Shown here piece by piece: positions 25,876-39,547 of a DNA stretch of 64,000 nucleotides (position 1 is its first letter; each line of letters opens with the position of its first letter). This DNA is from Octopus sinensis. Lineage: Eukaryota. Below the pieces are notes generated by a model that was not told the origin of the DNA, ran no database searches, and worked only from the letters and a program-made list of their open reading frames with translations. Made by a program: the position numbers and the translations under genes. Location of the stretch: positions 102,858,001-102,922,000 of the forward strand of contig NC_043003.1 of the NCBI RefSeq assembly GCF_006345805.1, read 5' to 3'.

Positions 25876-26399
25876 ATTAGATGACACACCAGCTTTGACA
25901 ACAGTGCAAAAGTGGGTAGCTGTATACAGGAGGGGAAAAAAGGGAAGGTTTTGAACATGATACAAGGTTTGGATGTCCTGCTACTGCTACCACCGAGGAA
26001 AACATTGATAGTGTTCACCACATACTGATGAATGACAGGCGATTGACTATATGGCCAATGCTATTAGCATATCTCCTGAGAAAATTGATAATATTTTGCA
26101 CAATGAACTTGGCATGACAAACGTTTCTCTTAGGTGTGTGCCATGTTTCCTAACACCTGATCAAGAGAGCGCCTGGCTAATCACATCATAGTAAAATCTG
26201 ACATTATTTGAGGCAAATCTAACTGGTTTCCTAGAATGTTTGCTAACCAATGATGTATGTTGGGTTCATCACTCTGAGTCAGAGAGAAAGAAACAATCCA
26301 TGCAGAGGAAACGCCCCCTCCTCACCTGCTTTAGAGAAGGCTAAGGTCACTTCATATGCAGAAAAATGATGGCTTCAGTTTCTGAGGATACAAAAAGCA

Positions 26400-26580
26400 T
26401 CCTCAGTCACTTAACTAACATGCCGGGTGAAATGCTTAGCAGCATTTCGTCTGTCTTCAACTCCTGAGTTCAAATACCTCCAAGCCTTTTGGGGTCAATA
26501 AAATAAGTACCAGTTGAGCATTGGGTTCAATGTAGTTGACTTACAACCTCCCAGAAATTGCTGGCCTAATACTAAAAAGA
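26400..26580 (+). mobile_element. SINE family M fragment, nested in mariner
   Basis: gaaatgcttagcagcatttcg...ggggtcaataaaataagtaccagttgagc. Confidence 0.7.
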
Positions 26581-27650
26581 TTGCTGAATGAGTTTCAAAA
26601 GGCTATCCGGAGCAAATGCCCAGAAAAACTGAAAAAAGGGGTCGTTTTTCATCAGCATCCAAGTCCTTGGTTTCAATGTCTCTTGTGTGTGACTGTAGCT
26701 TTGAACTGTTTGGTCACCCTCCCTATTCTCCTGATTTGACTCCATAATCACATTGATGGTAATGTCATATATGCTGTTAATGACTTTTTTGACCAACAAG
26801 ATTGGTTCCAAGCACTGCAACACCAACAGAAGAAAGTATCTCGGTCAGCCAAACAATCAGCAAGTGTTGAAAAAATATTGTAATTGTTGGGGCCACACTG
26901 AGAAACTGGATCAGAATGAAGGGTTTCCACATAGAATACATTGAAATACTCTTCCTGTCATTATGTGTATCTGTAAAAAGATTTGAACTCTAGACTGCAT
27001 ATAAGTAAAATATGTGTCAATTGTAGATAGTCACGTAATCAAAAGTATTCAAACCATAACCTTCATGACATTTTGATAGGTATAGCTTAACTACATTATC
27101 GGAGGTGCCCATTTTTTGTAGGGTACACACACGTGCACACACATGCAAGCACGCACACACACAAGTACATACACACACACACACAATATTTAAAAGGAAT
27201 TGAAATAAGAGCAAAGGAAAAATAAGCAAAATATAAATAAATAAATACATTAAGATTGTAGGTGAGTCAGAAAAAGATAGAGAAAACAGGAAGTGTGTAT
27301 GTAAGGGAAAAGATAGAAAAAGGAACAAGTGTAGAGAAGGGAATTTAAGAGAAGAAAGGGTAACACCTGGAGTTGGAAAACTGCAAAGGGTTATGACCCT
27401 TTTCTAATTAGTAACACCTAGTAGATAAATGAAAAATTAAGCAACATAGAACTTAGCAGTCACTTAACATAAACTCATATAATTCAGTACAGAGGTTTAA
27501 GGGCATTGATGCAGAGCTTTATAAAAGCAAAGCACACACTTGCACACAAACAAATATATATAATGTATAAATATACGCACATACGTTTGTATATATATGT
27601 AAATAAATACACACACATATGTATATGTATATATATATGTATGTATGTAT

Positions 27651-27960
27651 ATCACCGTGACCGTGACCCACCAGACCATCAGATGTTGCTATACATCGCT
27701 GGTCACAATGCGTTTCGCATTGTTTTAGCCTTCAAATGACGCCATCCCGCTGGCTAAGCGAGCAGGCCAACAGAAGAAAGAGTGAGAGAAAGTTGTGGCG
27801 AAAGAATACAACAGGGATCGCCACCACTGCCTGACAGAGCCTCGTGGAGCTTTAGGTGTTTTTGCTCAATAAACACTCACAACGCCCGATCTAGGAATCG
27901 AAACTGTGATCCTACGACCGCGAGTCCGCTGCCCTAACCACTGGGCCATTGCGCCTCCAC
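27651..27960 (-). mobile_element. SINE family R, tail type C
   Basis: Reverse complement of 16539-16863. Confidence 0.88.
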
Positions 27961-28738
27961 GGATATACAAGGTTGCTAATCTGGTGAAAGGGGGCTAATT
28001 TGGTAGAACAGGTTAAGATTTATTTATTGGCTCCTAAAAAACCTTTCGAATGCGCTCTTCATTTTTCGTTCATCCATCCTTTCAAACCTCATAAACTGAT
28101 TTTTAACATAAGCATGGCCGTGTGATTAAGAATTTCCTTTCCAACTACGTGATTTTAAGCTCAATTCCACTGTATGGCATCTTGAGCAAGTGTCTTCTAT
28201 AGCTCCGGACCAACAAAAGGATCTACTTCCGAATCTTTGAAACAGCTGTAAAGTTTTATTTTTGTATCGTGTAACATGGATATTTATATGTAACATTTTA
28301 CGCAAATGAAATTATGTAATTGTTCTATCATTGTTCATCAACTTTTCGTCTCTCTCTCTCTCCCACTCCCTCTCTCTGAATATGTGTGTGTGTAAGAGAG
28401 AGCGAGAGAGAAAGAGTCTGCGTGTGTTTGTGTTTCTTTGTCTTGACATCACATGATAGTTGTAAACGAGTGTTATTATCATATAAGCGGTGCCCTTGTC
28501 CTCTGTTTCCAATCTCTCATGAAAACATGTCTGGCTATGGAGAAATATAACCACACTGGAAAACAGGTGGGGGCTTGTGACAGGAAGAGCATCCAGTTGT
28601 AGAAAATCTCCTACAACAAATACCCTCTAACCCATGCAAGCACGAGAAAGTGGAAGTTAAAACGATCCCATTTTTTTGTAGGGTACATACACATACATGC
28701 ACACACATGCACACACATGCACGCACGCACACACACAA

Positions 28739-28775
<37 letters not shown>

Positions 28776-29319
28776 ATTTAATGATGACGACGACGTCGAT
28801 GAAGATGATGAAATGATGTTTATAGTTGATTATATCAGTCCCAGTACGCGAATGATATTTATTTTATTGACTCCTGACGGATAAATAAAGCAGCACTTGA
28901 GCTCCGAACGAAATGATGCATAACAAAATATAACACAACAATTTGTCTGTCACATTAGAGATTCTGGTAATAATAAAACAACTATATGCAGAGAAATTAC
29001 CAAAGCTGAAGAAATGAAGAATTTTCTGCAAGAATCATGATATGATCTTCAAGAGACATGCAGATTGCTAGAGGAACGGAAATTGTGGAAGACAAATCAT
29101 CGATTAATGGCAGGAAAGGAATAGTTCTTTAAGCAATTTTCGTGAATTCTGTTGCAAAAGAAAGAACGTATCAATGAAAGATGGAATCCAAGCAAAACAT
29201 TCTCGCAGCAGTCCTGCTGCCTTCGTATGACATTTTAATGGAATTGGTCTCAACTAACACTGAGGCATTGTTTCTAGGGAGTGTTCTATAGTTTGTTATT
29301 GATTGAGAATAATAATTAA

Positions 29320-29619
29320 ATAAAATAATTATGTGTGTGAAGGCGTGTATGTATGTTCATGTTTTCATAAATATTTATGCATACATGTGTGCATATATAA
29401 TACATATACATCACATGCATATATACGTGCGTATATATGTATGTGCATGTATATATGTGTGCGTGCGTATATATATATGTATTTATATATATAAACTCGT
29501 ACGTACTCACACACTCATATTTACACGTATATACATATGCAAGGATATGTGTGTGTGTATACATACACATATATATACATACAGATATTTATACATATAC
29601 ACACATATATAAATATGTG

Positions 29620-29699
<80 letters not shown>

Positions 29700-29790
29700 T
29701 ATATATATATATGCACTCACACACACTCATGTATCTAAATGTGTATGGATGTACTAATACTTGTGTGCGTGTGCGTGTGTGTGTGTGATA
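29320..29790. repeat. AT/AC/GT dinucleotide mosaic
   Basis: Direct reading. Confidence 0.9.
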
Positions 29791-30124
29791 CGTCTACATT
29801 AGCATGGAAATTATAGCTCACTGTTTGAAACACATTAAGCTCACATATTTGTTCAAATCCCTAACCTCCGTCCTTTTCATAACTATTTCTATCATTATTT
29901 CTACTCTGCTTTAATATGATGGTTTTACACTTCAATATCTTCATCTGATGAGATGATTTTTTTTATATGAGTAAACAAACTATCAAAAACTTGTTTATTA
30001 TTATCTCCTATTCATTTTTTTTTATCTTTTGCTTGTTTCAGTCATTCGACTGCGGTCACGCTGGGTCATCGCCTTGAAGGGTTTTAGTCGAACGAATCGA
30101 TCCCAGTATTTCCTTTTTAAAACT

Positions 30125-30470
30125 TGCTAACTTAGCACAAGACAAAAGTAACAAACCAGAGGACATACGTCAGATAACCAACAAAGTAGACAAATTTCTA
30201 TGTAAATTTGGAAGTTGTAAACTGTATGACTCAAACTGTTACATTAGCCATGCAGGTATGACACTTTCTCGCTGACTGACCATGGACTTGTAACAAAGTG
30301 ACACTGTAAATCTATAATATAGAACGACAGGAGATAAAATCAGATAGAAAAATATTAGTTGACAACTCCACAATTTTATATAGAATTCCACAGAATATCA
30401 GCAGATTAATTATGGAAGCCTTTCTAGTAGTAAAATATATATTTTAAAAAATTTAACATACAGCTACATA
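30125..30470 (+). mobile_element. Penelope-like GIY-YIG remnant (absent from ORF track)
   Basis: Manual translation gives VDKFLCKFGSC...CYISHAGMTLSR*LTM and RKILVDNSTIL...RLIMEAFLV, resembling VYKFxC...YIGxTxxTLSRRLTMH...RLxILEAL. Confidence 0.7.
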
Positions 30471-30861
30471 ACATGAAATAAACGATAAAATCTACTGGTA
30501 TTTACCCGTTTTATAACTTTTAAAGCCAACATCGATGACCTCTTTTCAGTCATATCAGTATTCCTATGATGTTTTGCAACTTAACGTAGAACACATGAAC
30601 AAAATAGCCCATTATTATCATCAGCTCATATTGCTGATGAGGTCAATAAGGTCTTGACATGCTAATGGACGAATGGATGTAGAAACACTGCTGTCGTTCC
30701 AAGCTAACCGAAAGAATTAGGGAAATCCTTATTAAGAAAGATTAAACAAACATTGTCATGTCATTAATATAATGTCCGAAAAAGACATTTCACTATTTAC
30801 AGATTATATATATAGGAAGATGTACAAATACATATATATGTGTGTGTATATATATATATAT

Positions 30862-30917
<56 letters not shown>

Positions 30918-30934
30918 ACACACATATTCATACA

Positions 30935-31380
30935 TACATTCGGAAAAAAGACTGTCCTGGAATAAATATAGAAAATTCCCCACACGTGGAATACGTATAC
31001 AAATAGCATCACAAGGAATACTGATGGAACATTCCCATCAAAGCATCTGTCAAGTATAAGCTTAACAGGCCGGATATTGTTGTTTGGGACAGACAAAAAA
31101 TATGTCCGGCAGATGTGAATATCACTTTGAAAATCGAAAAGAAAGAAGATAACTATGGACAACTGCTTCGAAACCTCCAGTTTCTTTTTCCGGATTACTA
31201 GTTTACATTTACGGAAATCTGCTTGCATAGCAAGTGACCTGATCTGAGATCAGTGAACAGGTCGCGGTCTCAAAGCGACGAAAATATTTTGGCAAATTAA
31301 ATCTAAATGTTGAAGTGAATTGAACGGTTTTTGTGTGTTTCTTAAATGGCTTTTAAACACCTTCCACGCTGCAATTGTTT
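30935..31380 (+). mobile_element. Restriction-like-endonuclease LINE (R4/Dong or NeSL-like) remnant
   Basis: KEY*WNIPIKASVKYKLNRPDIVVWDRQ...KEDNYGQLLRNLQFLFP, an RPD-x-D-x-EK RLE region with deletions. Confidence 0.75.
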
Positions 31381-31669
31381 TAGTTTACATTTATACCAAT
31401 AATAATTGGAGTATTTGGTTTTGTAAGCAACTGTCTAGCTATCAGTCTGGATAAGCTTAGATTTTCAGAAAAATATGTCAACCGACTGAGCCGCACTTTA
31501 CGAATACAATCTGTAAACGGAACGGTAAGACTATGCAAGACTTTTCTCGGTCTTGAAATGTGAGATTGTTTTCATTATCTACATTCCAAAGATGGAGCTT
31601 TGTATTTTTATTAGAAACAAAACCAGCTCCTCCTTCATTTAAATTATTAAAAACAGAAGAGAAACTTAT

Positions 31670-31943
31670 ATACATGCATACATACATACATACATACATA
31701 CATACATACATACATACATGCATATATATACATACATACATTTATACATACATTCATACATACATACATGCATACATGCATACATACATACATACATACA
31801 TACATACATACATACATACATACATACATAACATACATACATACATACATACATACATGCATATATATACATACATACATTTATACATACATTCATACAT
31901 ACATACATGCATACATGCATACATACATACATACATACATACA

Positions 31944-31977
<34 letters not shown>

Positions 31978-31990
31978 CATACATACATAC
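31670..31990. repeat. (TACA)n array
   Basis: Direct reading. Confidence 0.95.
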
Positions 31991-32015
31991 AAAATTACGT
32001 ACATACGTATATATA

Positions 32016-32761
32016 CAGGGTGTCCGGGGTAAAGTTGACAATGTGCATAAAAGGAAAAGAGAACATAATATCCCAAACCAAAATAAAAGTGTTATAAAAA
32101 CTCAAAGCTATCACGTAACCGCTCTCAGCTTGCAATACGCCTTTGAGACGGCTCCGAGACCCGGCACATACGTTCCTCACTGTGTCCCTGGGAAGATCTT
32201 CGAATAGCTCCTTGGTCTTAACCACCAGCTCGGCCTTGATGTTGCAGTTGGAGTAGTTGGTGTCTTTCTCAATCACGCCCCACCCATGGGATTACAATCG
32301 AGGGAATTAGGAGGCCAGAAACTGGGGCTAGTGAAGACGTAGAAATTCTCCAACTACTTCTGTCTATTTGTGGAGGTACGGCAAGGAGCCAAATCCTGCT
32401 TCCAAACATGGCCTTCCAGCAGAAACCCTCTCCAGCTATGCTTTCACCATAGTCCCAAGCAGCTTCACGTAGCTATCGGAAACGAGCCTGAAGCTTTGTT
32501 AAAAAATGTGGTCGGCATCACATCAGCCTCACTGGTGACACACCCTGAATACCGTCAAAGTTTGGGAGAACTTGGTTTTCATGATTTCCATGACACGTCT
32601 TACAGCTTTTACATTGTTCACAGGGTGCTGAACAGCAGGCATGATGTCAGGATTTTGAAACCCGGTAGCTTTAATAAATGCCGTTGAATGTTTACCGATA
32701 CATTAAGCTGTTCTTTAAAAAAGAAGACATAACTGATCGTCAAATTTAGCCCGACACTCTG
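32016..32761 (-). mobile_element. Tc1/mariner (maT/DD37D-like) internal-deletion derivative
   Basis: TIRs ta|cagggtgtccggggtaaagttgac and gtcaaatttagcccgacactctg. Minus-strand remnant FWPPNSP...GVIEKDTN...ELFEDLPRDTVRNVC. Confidence 0.8.
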
Positions 32762-33139
32762 GAAATTATATTGTATGGCTTCGTGTGCCTTACTGTGGAC
32801 CAAGTTATGCTGTGCTTCATTTTATCCTCCTTCAATCGCCATACAAAGTCTACCAAATGCTGAATGCCTCTTATTAATTGTCTTAAAGCTGGCGACATGG
32901 TTAGGATAACGATTCTTAAATGAATCAACCGTCAGCCCAATGTAAACATACGGTCCTCCCCTTGTGTGCACGGTACATTTTTATACAAGATTTGTACTCA
33001 TACAGAGATTTATCAAAGGATATTTTGATTTTTTTTTCCTCTGCCGAGCATTTATCATATTTATTTGTATATAAAACAGTCCCGACTCCATTTATCGACG
33101 TTGTTGCCGTATTAGCTGTGTGTGTCTGTTTGCTTCTGG

Positions 33140-33320
33140 TTATCCCCACCTGATTATCAGTGTTGGCTTGTTTACGTCTCTGTAACTTAGCGGTTCAACA
33201 AAAAAGAGACCAATAAAATAAATACAGATGCAGAAGCAACTTGACTAAGTAAAAAGAAATCTTGCAAGTCAATGCCCCCAGCATGATTACGAACTAATAA
33301 CTGAAACAAGTAAAAGAAAT
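33140..33320 (+). mobile_element. SINE family K, 3' half
   Basis: gtttacgtctctgtaacttagcggttc...actgaaacaagtaaaagaa. Confidence 0.7.
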
Positions 33321-35164
33321 ATAAGAATGTGTGTGTGTGTGTGTGTGTGTGTACAGTTACACACACACGCACGCACACACACACACACACAAGGTCACGA
33401 ATACAAATACACATATGCACATACACAAACACACAAACTTCCAATTACACAAGCACACGTCACACACAGACACATACACGCAAAGCATATATTCCCACAC
33501 ACAAACGTATGCACACGTGACCACACCAACGCAGTTTATTTATAGATTTTCTTCAGAAAATACTACAAGAAATAAAATTTTAAAAAGTCCATGGGAGGTA
33601 AGAAACATCCATTTTTAATTCCAGTGTCTGTGATAACTGTTGCCATGGTGATCAACAAATTCCATAATTGCTTCTGTTGGATTAACTCTGGATGGCAAGA
33701 GAGAGGAATGAGGGCCCTGGCAAAGTAACTGTCGGATCTCATTTTAATCTTAGCGGCAACATTAACTTGGCCAGATTAATCTTTTAACCTCTGGGATATA
33801 GAAGTTAGCCGAAGAATTCTTAAAGAATATGGCTGACTTCTTTTTTTCTTTTTTCGCTTTTGCTTTGATGCATCATATAGTCGTGTATTTTAGCGCGCGC
33901 ATGTGTTATGTGTGTGAGTGTGAGATAGAAAGAGGGGGAGAGAGGGAGAAAGAGAGAGACCTTTGTGCTTTTGATGCCCAGGTGGCGTTGCAGATGTTTG
34001 TGTAAGTGCGTATGTGAGTGTGTGTCTGAGTGAGAGAGGGGGGGGGGGAGAAGAAAGTATTTATAGACTAACGGCTCATTTGTGTCTTTGCACACATACG
34101 CACACATATAATGATAAAGTAAACAGCTTATGAATTAGTTTGGAGTATGAAAACTTTACAAAAAGAAAGCTGTTGTTAAAATCTACACTGTCTAGAAAAT
34201 TCTTATAAATATCGGTTTTAACAGAGTTAGAAAAATATGATTCTGATGCATCTTTAATTATTAAAGATTTCAAGAACGCGATTCAGTCATAAAACTAATT
34301 TTTATTCACTACAACATAACGTCTTTTAATATTTCTGTTTACGCTTTTTAGGGAAATATAAAGGTTGCCCAAATATTTGTATCACTACTTTCTACAAACA
34401 TATCAATAAAAACATTCCTACATCTATAAGTTTAATCCAGCGTCAACTAAATTGCGTTGATTCCGGTATCCTTTCATATTTGTTGGGTGTTTTTGAAGAA
34501 TTAGAAAGCTGAATAAGAAAATTGGTTTAAATTTATTTACATCACGTGTCTCTTTTTCTTTCAACTAAAGTATTTCATTGCTATACACAATGCTTAAAGA
34601 ATTAATCATAATGGTACAATAGATCATAAGGACTATATCATGAAATTCGTTTGCTCCTCTTTTCATATCGTGAACGGAAAAAAGATTTCACTTCCTATCT
34701 CTGTACATATGTAATTGTGTGTTTATATAGGTTGTTTACACTACATGTACAAACATATATACCGACGGAAAATATTGCTGTAAAAATTATATGCAATCAC
34801 GACGTCGAACTTACAGTAAGTTTTTCAGTATAATTTTGTTTTTTAGTACATACCAAGCATGCAGTTCAGTTAACTTTCATGCAAAGGTACAAAATCTTCT
34901 GATATGTATATATATAATATATATATATACGATAAATTAAGATTTTTACGAGGTTAAGTCAACACAATAACTGGTTTTTCATAAATTCTAACGCTGTCTT
35001 TGAGTACTTGGCATAATTCTAAATTTATTTACTGAGCGAATGCTATTAGACAAATAAAGGATACAAAAGAAATTTAGATGTAATATATCACAAAATTGCT
35101 AAAATTGATATCTAAATATTTAGCGACGAGCAGGAAACCTACCCAGAGGGAAGTCTTTCTGCTA

Positions 35165-35239
<75 letters not shown>

Positions 35240-35389
35240 TATATATACATATATGATGATAAATGTGGGGCCCCTGTATGAAGATTAGTGATTAAAATAA
35301 ATATATAAATAACACAAAAAAAATGAAAAATTTAATATCAATTTAACATTACTTGAAAAGGTAGAGGGTAGCGAACTTCTTCACAACAT

Positions 35390-38300
35390 CAGGGAGTGAC
35401 GACCCTGCCTGACACGAGTATCGGCCTCAGCTGGCTCCGGCTGACAGTACCCGGTATGGGCCCCTGTCCAGGGTTACGGAAAGGAGACAACCTTCAAAGA
35501 AATCCTGAGTAGAGCCCCGAAGGCGGTTTAGTGTTCGACTCGACACTCTTCCAGCAGCTCCTACAACCAAGGTGGTTTCAAACGTAATGCTCTGCACTCC
35601 TTTGGACTACATCAGCAAGGTCGAGAGAGGAAACCTAACGATTGGGCTACCCAGGACTTTCTTATCTCTAGCCCAGGCCTGCGCAAAACTGGAGAGGACA
35701 CTTCAGTGCTGCTGTAAAAAGCTGCGGAAACAACACGGGAGGTAACAGTCACGAGTGATAAGTCCATTCAGATTGGCGTAAAATATGGGCGCTACGGGTT
35801 ACTTCTGACGGTGGGAGGGACCTCCGTGTCCCATTGGTTAGCTACTGCCCACCTCAAGCTGGGCAGCTCCCAGTTTATAAGGTGCTGACCCGCCACAGGC
35901 CGCCTGCTTCATTGGATGCTTGGAGCTAAGAGTTTGACTTGAAAATCGGCCTGCAACCTCTGCACCAGGCAAACAACTAAAAGACAAGAAACCACCAGTC
36001 CTGCGGTTGGCAAGCTGGAATGCCAGGACCATGTGCCCTGGCATATCTGATGATCTACTCAGGGTTAAAGACACAAGAAAGACGGCCATCATTGACCGTG
36101 AACTAAAGAGGCTTAACATAGACATTGCTGGGCTGCAGGAGACAAGACTCCCATCAAACGGCAAACTCAAAGAACAGGTTTTCACCTTCATTTAGCAGGG
36201 AAGCGATCCAGAAGAACCTCGTCAGCATGGTGTTGGCTTTGCAGTGAGAAACTCGTTACTCTCCTCAATAGAACCACCATCAAGAGGCACTGAGCGTATC
36301 CTCTCACTGCACCTCTCGACTTCTTCTGGTTCAGTACATCTACTGAGCATCTATGCTCCCGCTCTCTACAGCTCAGAGAAGACCAAGGACCAGTTCTACA
36401 AAGATCTCAACTGTGTCATTAGAAAATATACCAACCAATGAAAACATCTACCTTCTAGGAGATTTTAACGCTCGCGTGGGATCTGACCATGATTCGTGGC
36501 CCATTTGTGTTGGACACTTTGGTATTGGCAACATGAATGACAATGGTCAGAGACTACTTGAATTTTGCACATACCATAACCTGTGCATCACCAACACATT
36601 CTTTGCCCACAAACCATCCCACAAGGCGTCTTGGAGACATCCAAGATCTCACCACTGGCATCAGCTGGATCTCATCATTACACGAAGATCCTTTCTGAAT
36701 TCTGTTCAACTGACCTGTAGTTACCACAACGCGGAATGTAAAACAGATCACTCACTAATTAGAAGCAGGATGAGGATTCTGCCTAAGAAAGTCCATCACC
36801 CCAAGAAAATGGGCCGACCACGCATTAACACTGCCAGAACCTCGGACCCTACACTGCGAAAATGTTTTGCTGTTCCTATCAAGGTTGCCCTCAGTAGATG
36901 CCCAACCTCCTCTGCTGAAAGTAGGTGGAATTATATAAGGGAAGCTTTGTATACCACATCAATAGATACTTTCGGCATGAGAGAAAGGCAAAACCCAGAT
37001 TGGTTCAGTGCTGGGCTCTCAGAGCTGGAACTAGTTATCGAAGCAAAGCGTGCAGCTCTGATGCAATACAAGAGTGATTCCTCTACTAAGTCACTCGAAG
37101 AACTCAGAAAAGCAAGAAATAAAACCCAACTGACAGCAAGACGCTGTGCAAATAGGTATAGGCAGGAAATCTGTCAGGGTATCCAGTCAGCTGCCGATAG
37201 TGGCGACACCCGTGGGATGTATGCCGGTTTGAAGAAGGCCCTCGGTCCATCCGCAACTAAGTCAACCCCTCTGAAATCAACTACTGGAGATCTCATCAAG
37301 GACCAAAGCAAGCAAATGAATAGATGGGTGGAGTACTACCAGGATCTCTACTCACGGGAGACCACGGTAGCTGAGGCTGCAATCGAGGGTATCAAGATCT
37401 TGCCATACATGTGCGAACTTGACAGTCCGCCATCTATAGCAGAGCTCACCAAGGCTATGGACTCCCTAGCAAGTAACAAGTCTCTGGGAAAAGACGGCAA
37501 CCCCTCAAAGATCATCAAAACCGGCAAAAACACCATCCTCCTTCCACACCTTCATGAGCTTCTGTGTCAGTGCTGGGAAGAGGGTACAGTCCCTCGGGAT
37601 ATGCGGGATGCTAACATCATTACGCTTTACAAAAACAAAGGTGACCGTGGTGATTGTAACAATTACCGTGGAATATCTCTTCTAAGCACTGTTGGAAATA
37701 CCTTTGCTCGCGTTATCCTGTCCAGGCTACAACTGCTTGCTTCTCGAATTTATCCGGAATCGCAGTGTGGCTTTAGAAGAAGCAGATCAACTATTGACAT
37801 GATATTCTCCATACGCCAACTTCAGGAGAAGTCCAGAGAGCAGAAAATGCCATTATATATGGCCTTCATTGATCTGACAAAGGCCTTTGACTTGGTAAGT
37901 AGAAAAGGCCTCTTCATCCTGCTCCAAAAAATCGGATGTCCACCAAAGCAGCTGAGGATCATCAAATCATTCCATGATGATATGCAAGGCACCATACAGC
38001 ACAATGGTTCAACATCAGCCGCCTTCACACACAGAAGAAGCCCTACAAAGGCTCATCAACTGTTTTGAGCAAGCATGTAACGGCTTTGGATTAGTTATCA
38101 GCCTCAAGAAGACCAACATCATGGGTCAGGCTACATCGGACATCCCAAACATACATCTTGGAGACCACAGATTACAGGAGGTGGAGAAGTTTACCTATCT
38201 TGGCTCTTCCGTCACCTACAACCTATCCCTTGATGCTGAGCTCAATATACGCATTGGCAGGGCAGCTGCTGTGATGGCCCAACTCTCCAAACGGGCTTGG

Positions 38301-39014
38301 GACAACAATAAGCTAACCAAGACCACAAAAATGAAGATTTACCAGGCATGTGTACTTAGCACTCTACTGTATGGAAGTGAGACTTGGACGCCATACACAC
38401 GCCAAGACCGTCGCCTAAACATCTTTCACCTGCGCTGCCTCCGGAAAATCCTCCGCATCAAATGGCAGAATCATGTCCCCAACAAAGATGTCCTCAAGCA
38501 AGCAGGAATACCAAGCACGTTTGCACTCCTCACACAAAGACGTATGAGATGGCTTGGACATGTTAGCCGTATGGAAGATGGCAGAATCCCCAAGGACATA
38601 CTCTACGGAGAGCTTGCTAGGGGCACTAGGTCTGTTGGAAGACCGTTCTTACGATACAAGGATTTTTGCAAAAGGGACATGAAGGCCGGCAACACCAATA
38701 TTACCAACTGGGAAGCAGTTGCCAGCAACCGGGGAGATTGGCGACGTACCGTAAAAGAGGGAACACAAAGGAGTGACAGAGAGAGAGAGAGGAGAAATGG
38801 AAAGACAAGAAAAGACGTCAACAAGAAACTATGACATTACAACCAGCCAGTAAAAGTCTTCGCTATATTTGCGGCACCTGCCAGAGGGAATGTTTGTCCA
38901 GGATAGGACTACACAGCCACAGCAGGAAATGTATTAGGACATGAAATGTAAAAGCCGGACTAGATTATTTTATGCGCAACTCCATTGTCTCCCGTGACAA
39001 AAAGGATGCCAACC
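35390..39014 (+). mobile_element. RTE-clade LINE, near full length, inactivated
   Basis: GC-rich 5' UTR. APE (LASWNARTM; GLQETRLP; LLGDFNARVG), RT (NNYRGISLLS; ESQCGFRR; FIDLTKAFD) and C-terminus (STLLYGSETW; RWLGHVSRM). 3' end ccattgtctcccgtgacaaaaggatgccaac. Stop at 36193, frameshift near 36435, deletion near 38026. Confidence 0.95.
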
Positions 39015-39249
39015 AATATATATATATATATATTACTCGCCATACACACAAAAAAACGCACACGTACACACACACATACTACAACAAAACACACACACGA
39101 TACATATACACGCATACACACATACCTCCCTGTTTCTGACCTGACTTTCTGACTTACTAGGGTACCCCCACATCACCCCTTAATTCTACTACTGCCTGCT
39201 ACAAGCCATTGTCCACCATACACACACACTCACACACACACACTTGTCA

Positions 39250-39510
39250 TCTCGCACACCTTTTTTACCATTCCTTCTTTGATATAGCTCTTCTGTTTTT
39301 AAAAACATTTTCCTCCATTTTTACCACTTCCGTCTTTTTAGTATGTGAACTCGTGAATACCACCGGCGATTTTTTTTTCCTCTGTCCTCCCGTCTCGGGA
39401 TCTTTCCTTCTCCCATGTTTCCGACGAAGAGCTCCGCTTCTTTCCTGAGCGTCCAATAATACTTTATTTGTTCCACATCCTTGCGTTGTTGTCTTTTTGT
39501 TTTCTTGTTT
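39250..39510 (+). mobile_element. Penelope-like terminal repeat (pLTR) fragment
   Basis: Homologous to 54660-54860. Carries a hammerhead 5' half tttCCGACGAagagctccgct with the GAAAC part deleted. Confidence 0.55.
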
Positions 39511-39516
39511 GGATTA

Positions 39517-39547
<31 letters not shown>

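Larger units (their letters stand above)
25368..26900 (+). mobile_element. mariner, same family as 13571, interrupted by two SINEs
   Basis: 5' ggtgggctgaaaagttcataggctgact. Collinear with 13571-14855 once 25651-25875 and about 26400-26580 are removed. Confidence 0.8.

Noticed and set aside
27880-27960. tRNA-Arg-like sequence (also at 1420-1499, 8330-8405 and 16540-16620)
   Set aside because: No complete cloverleaf, and it continues into a SINE body. These are SINE heads, not tRNA genes.
30634-30700. ctgatga...gaaacactgctgtc downstream of the PLE GIY-YIG remnant
   Set aside because: No convincing stem I or stem II.
33639-33652. RFX X-box-like gttgccatggtgat
   Set aside because: An isolated imperfect motif with no promoter or exon context.
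35120-35165. ctgCTAG|t ending that resembles a Helitron 3' terminus
   Set aside because: The hairpin is weak, and there is no matching 5' TC end or homology to the other Helitrons.
35392-35470. Possible HDV-like ribozyme at the RTE 5' end
   Set aside because: Partial gcc/ggc and ggag/ctcc pairings compete, and I could not build P1-P4 plus J4/2. An RNA motif search would be needed.
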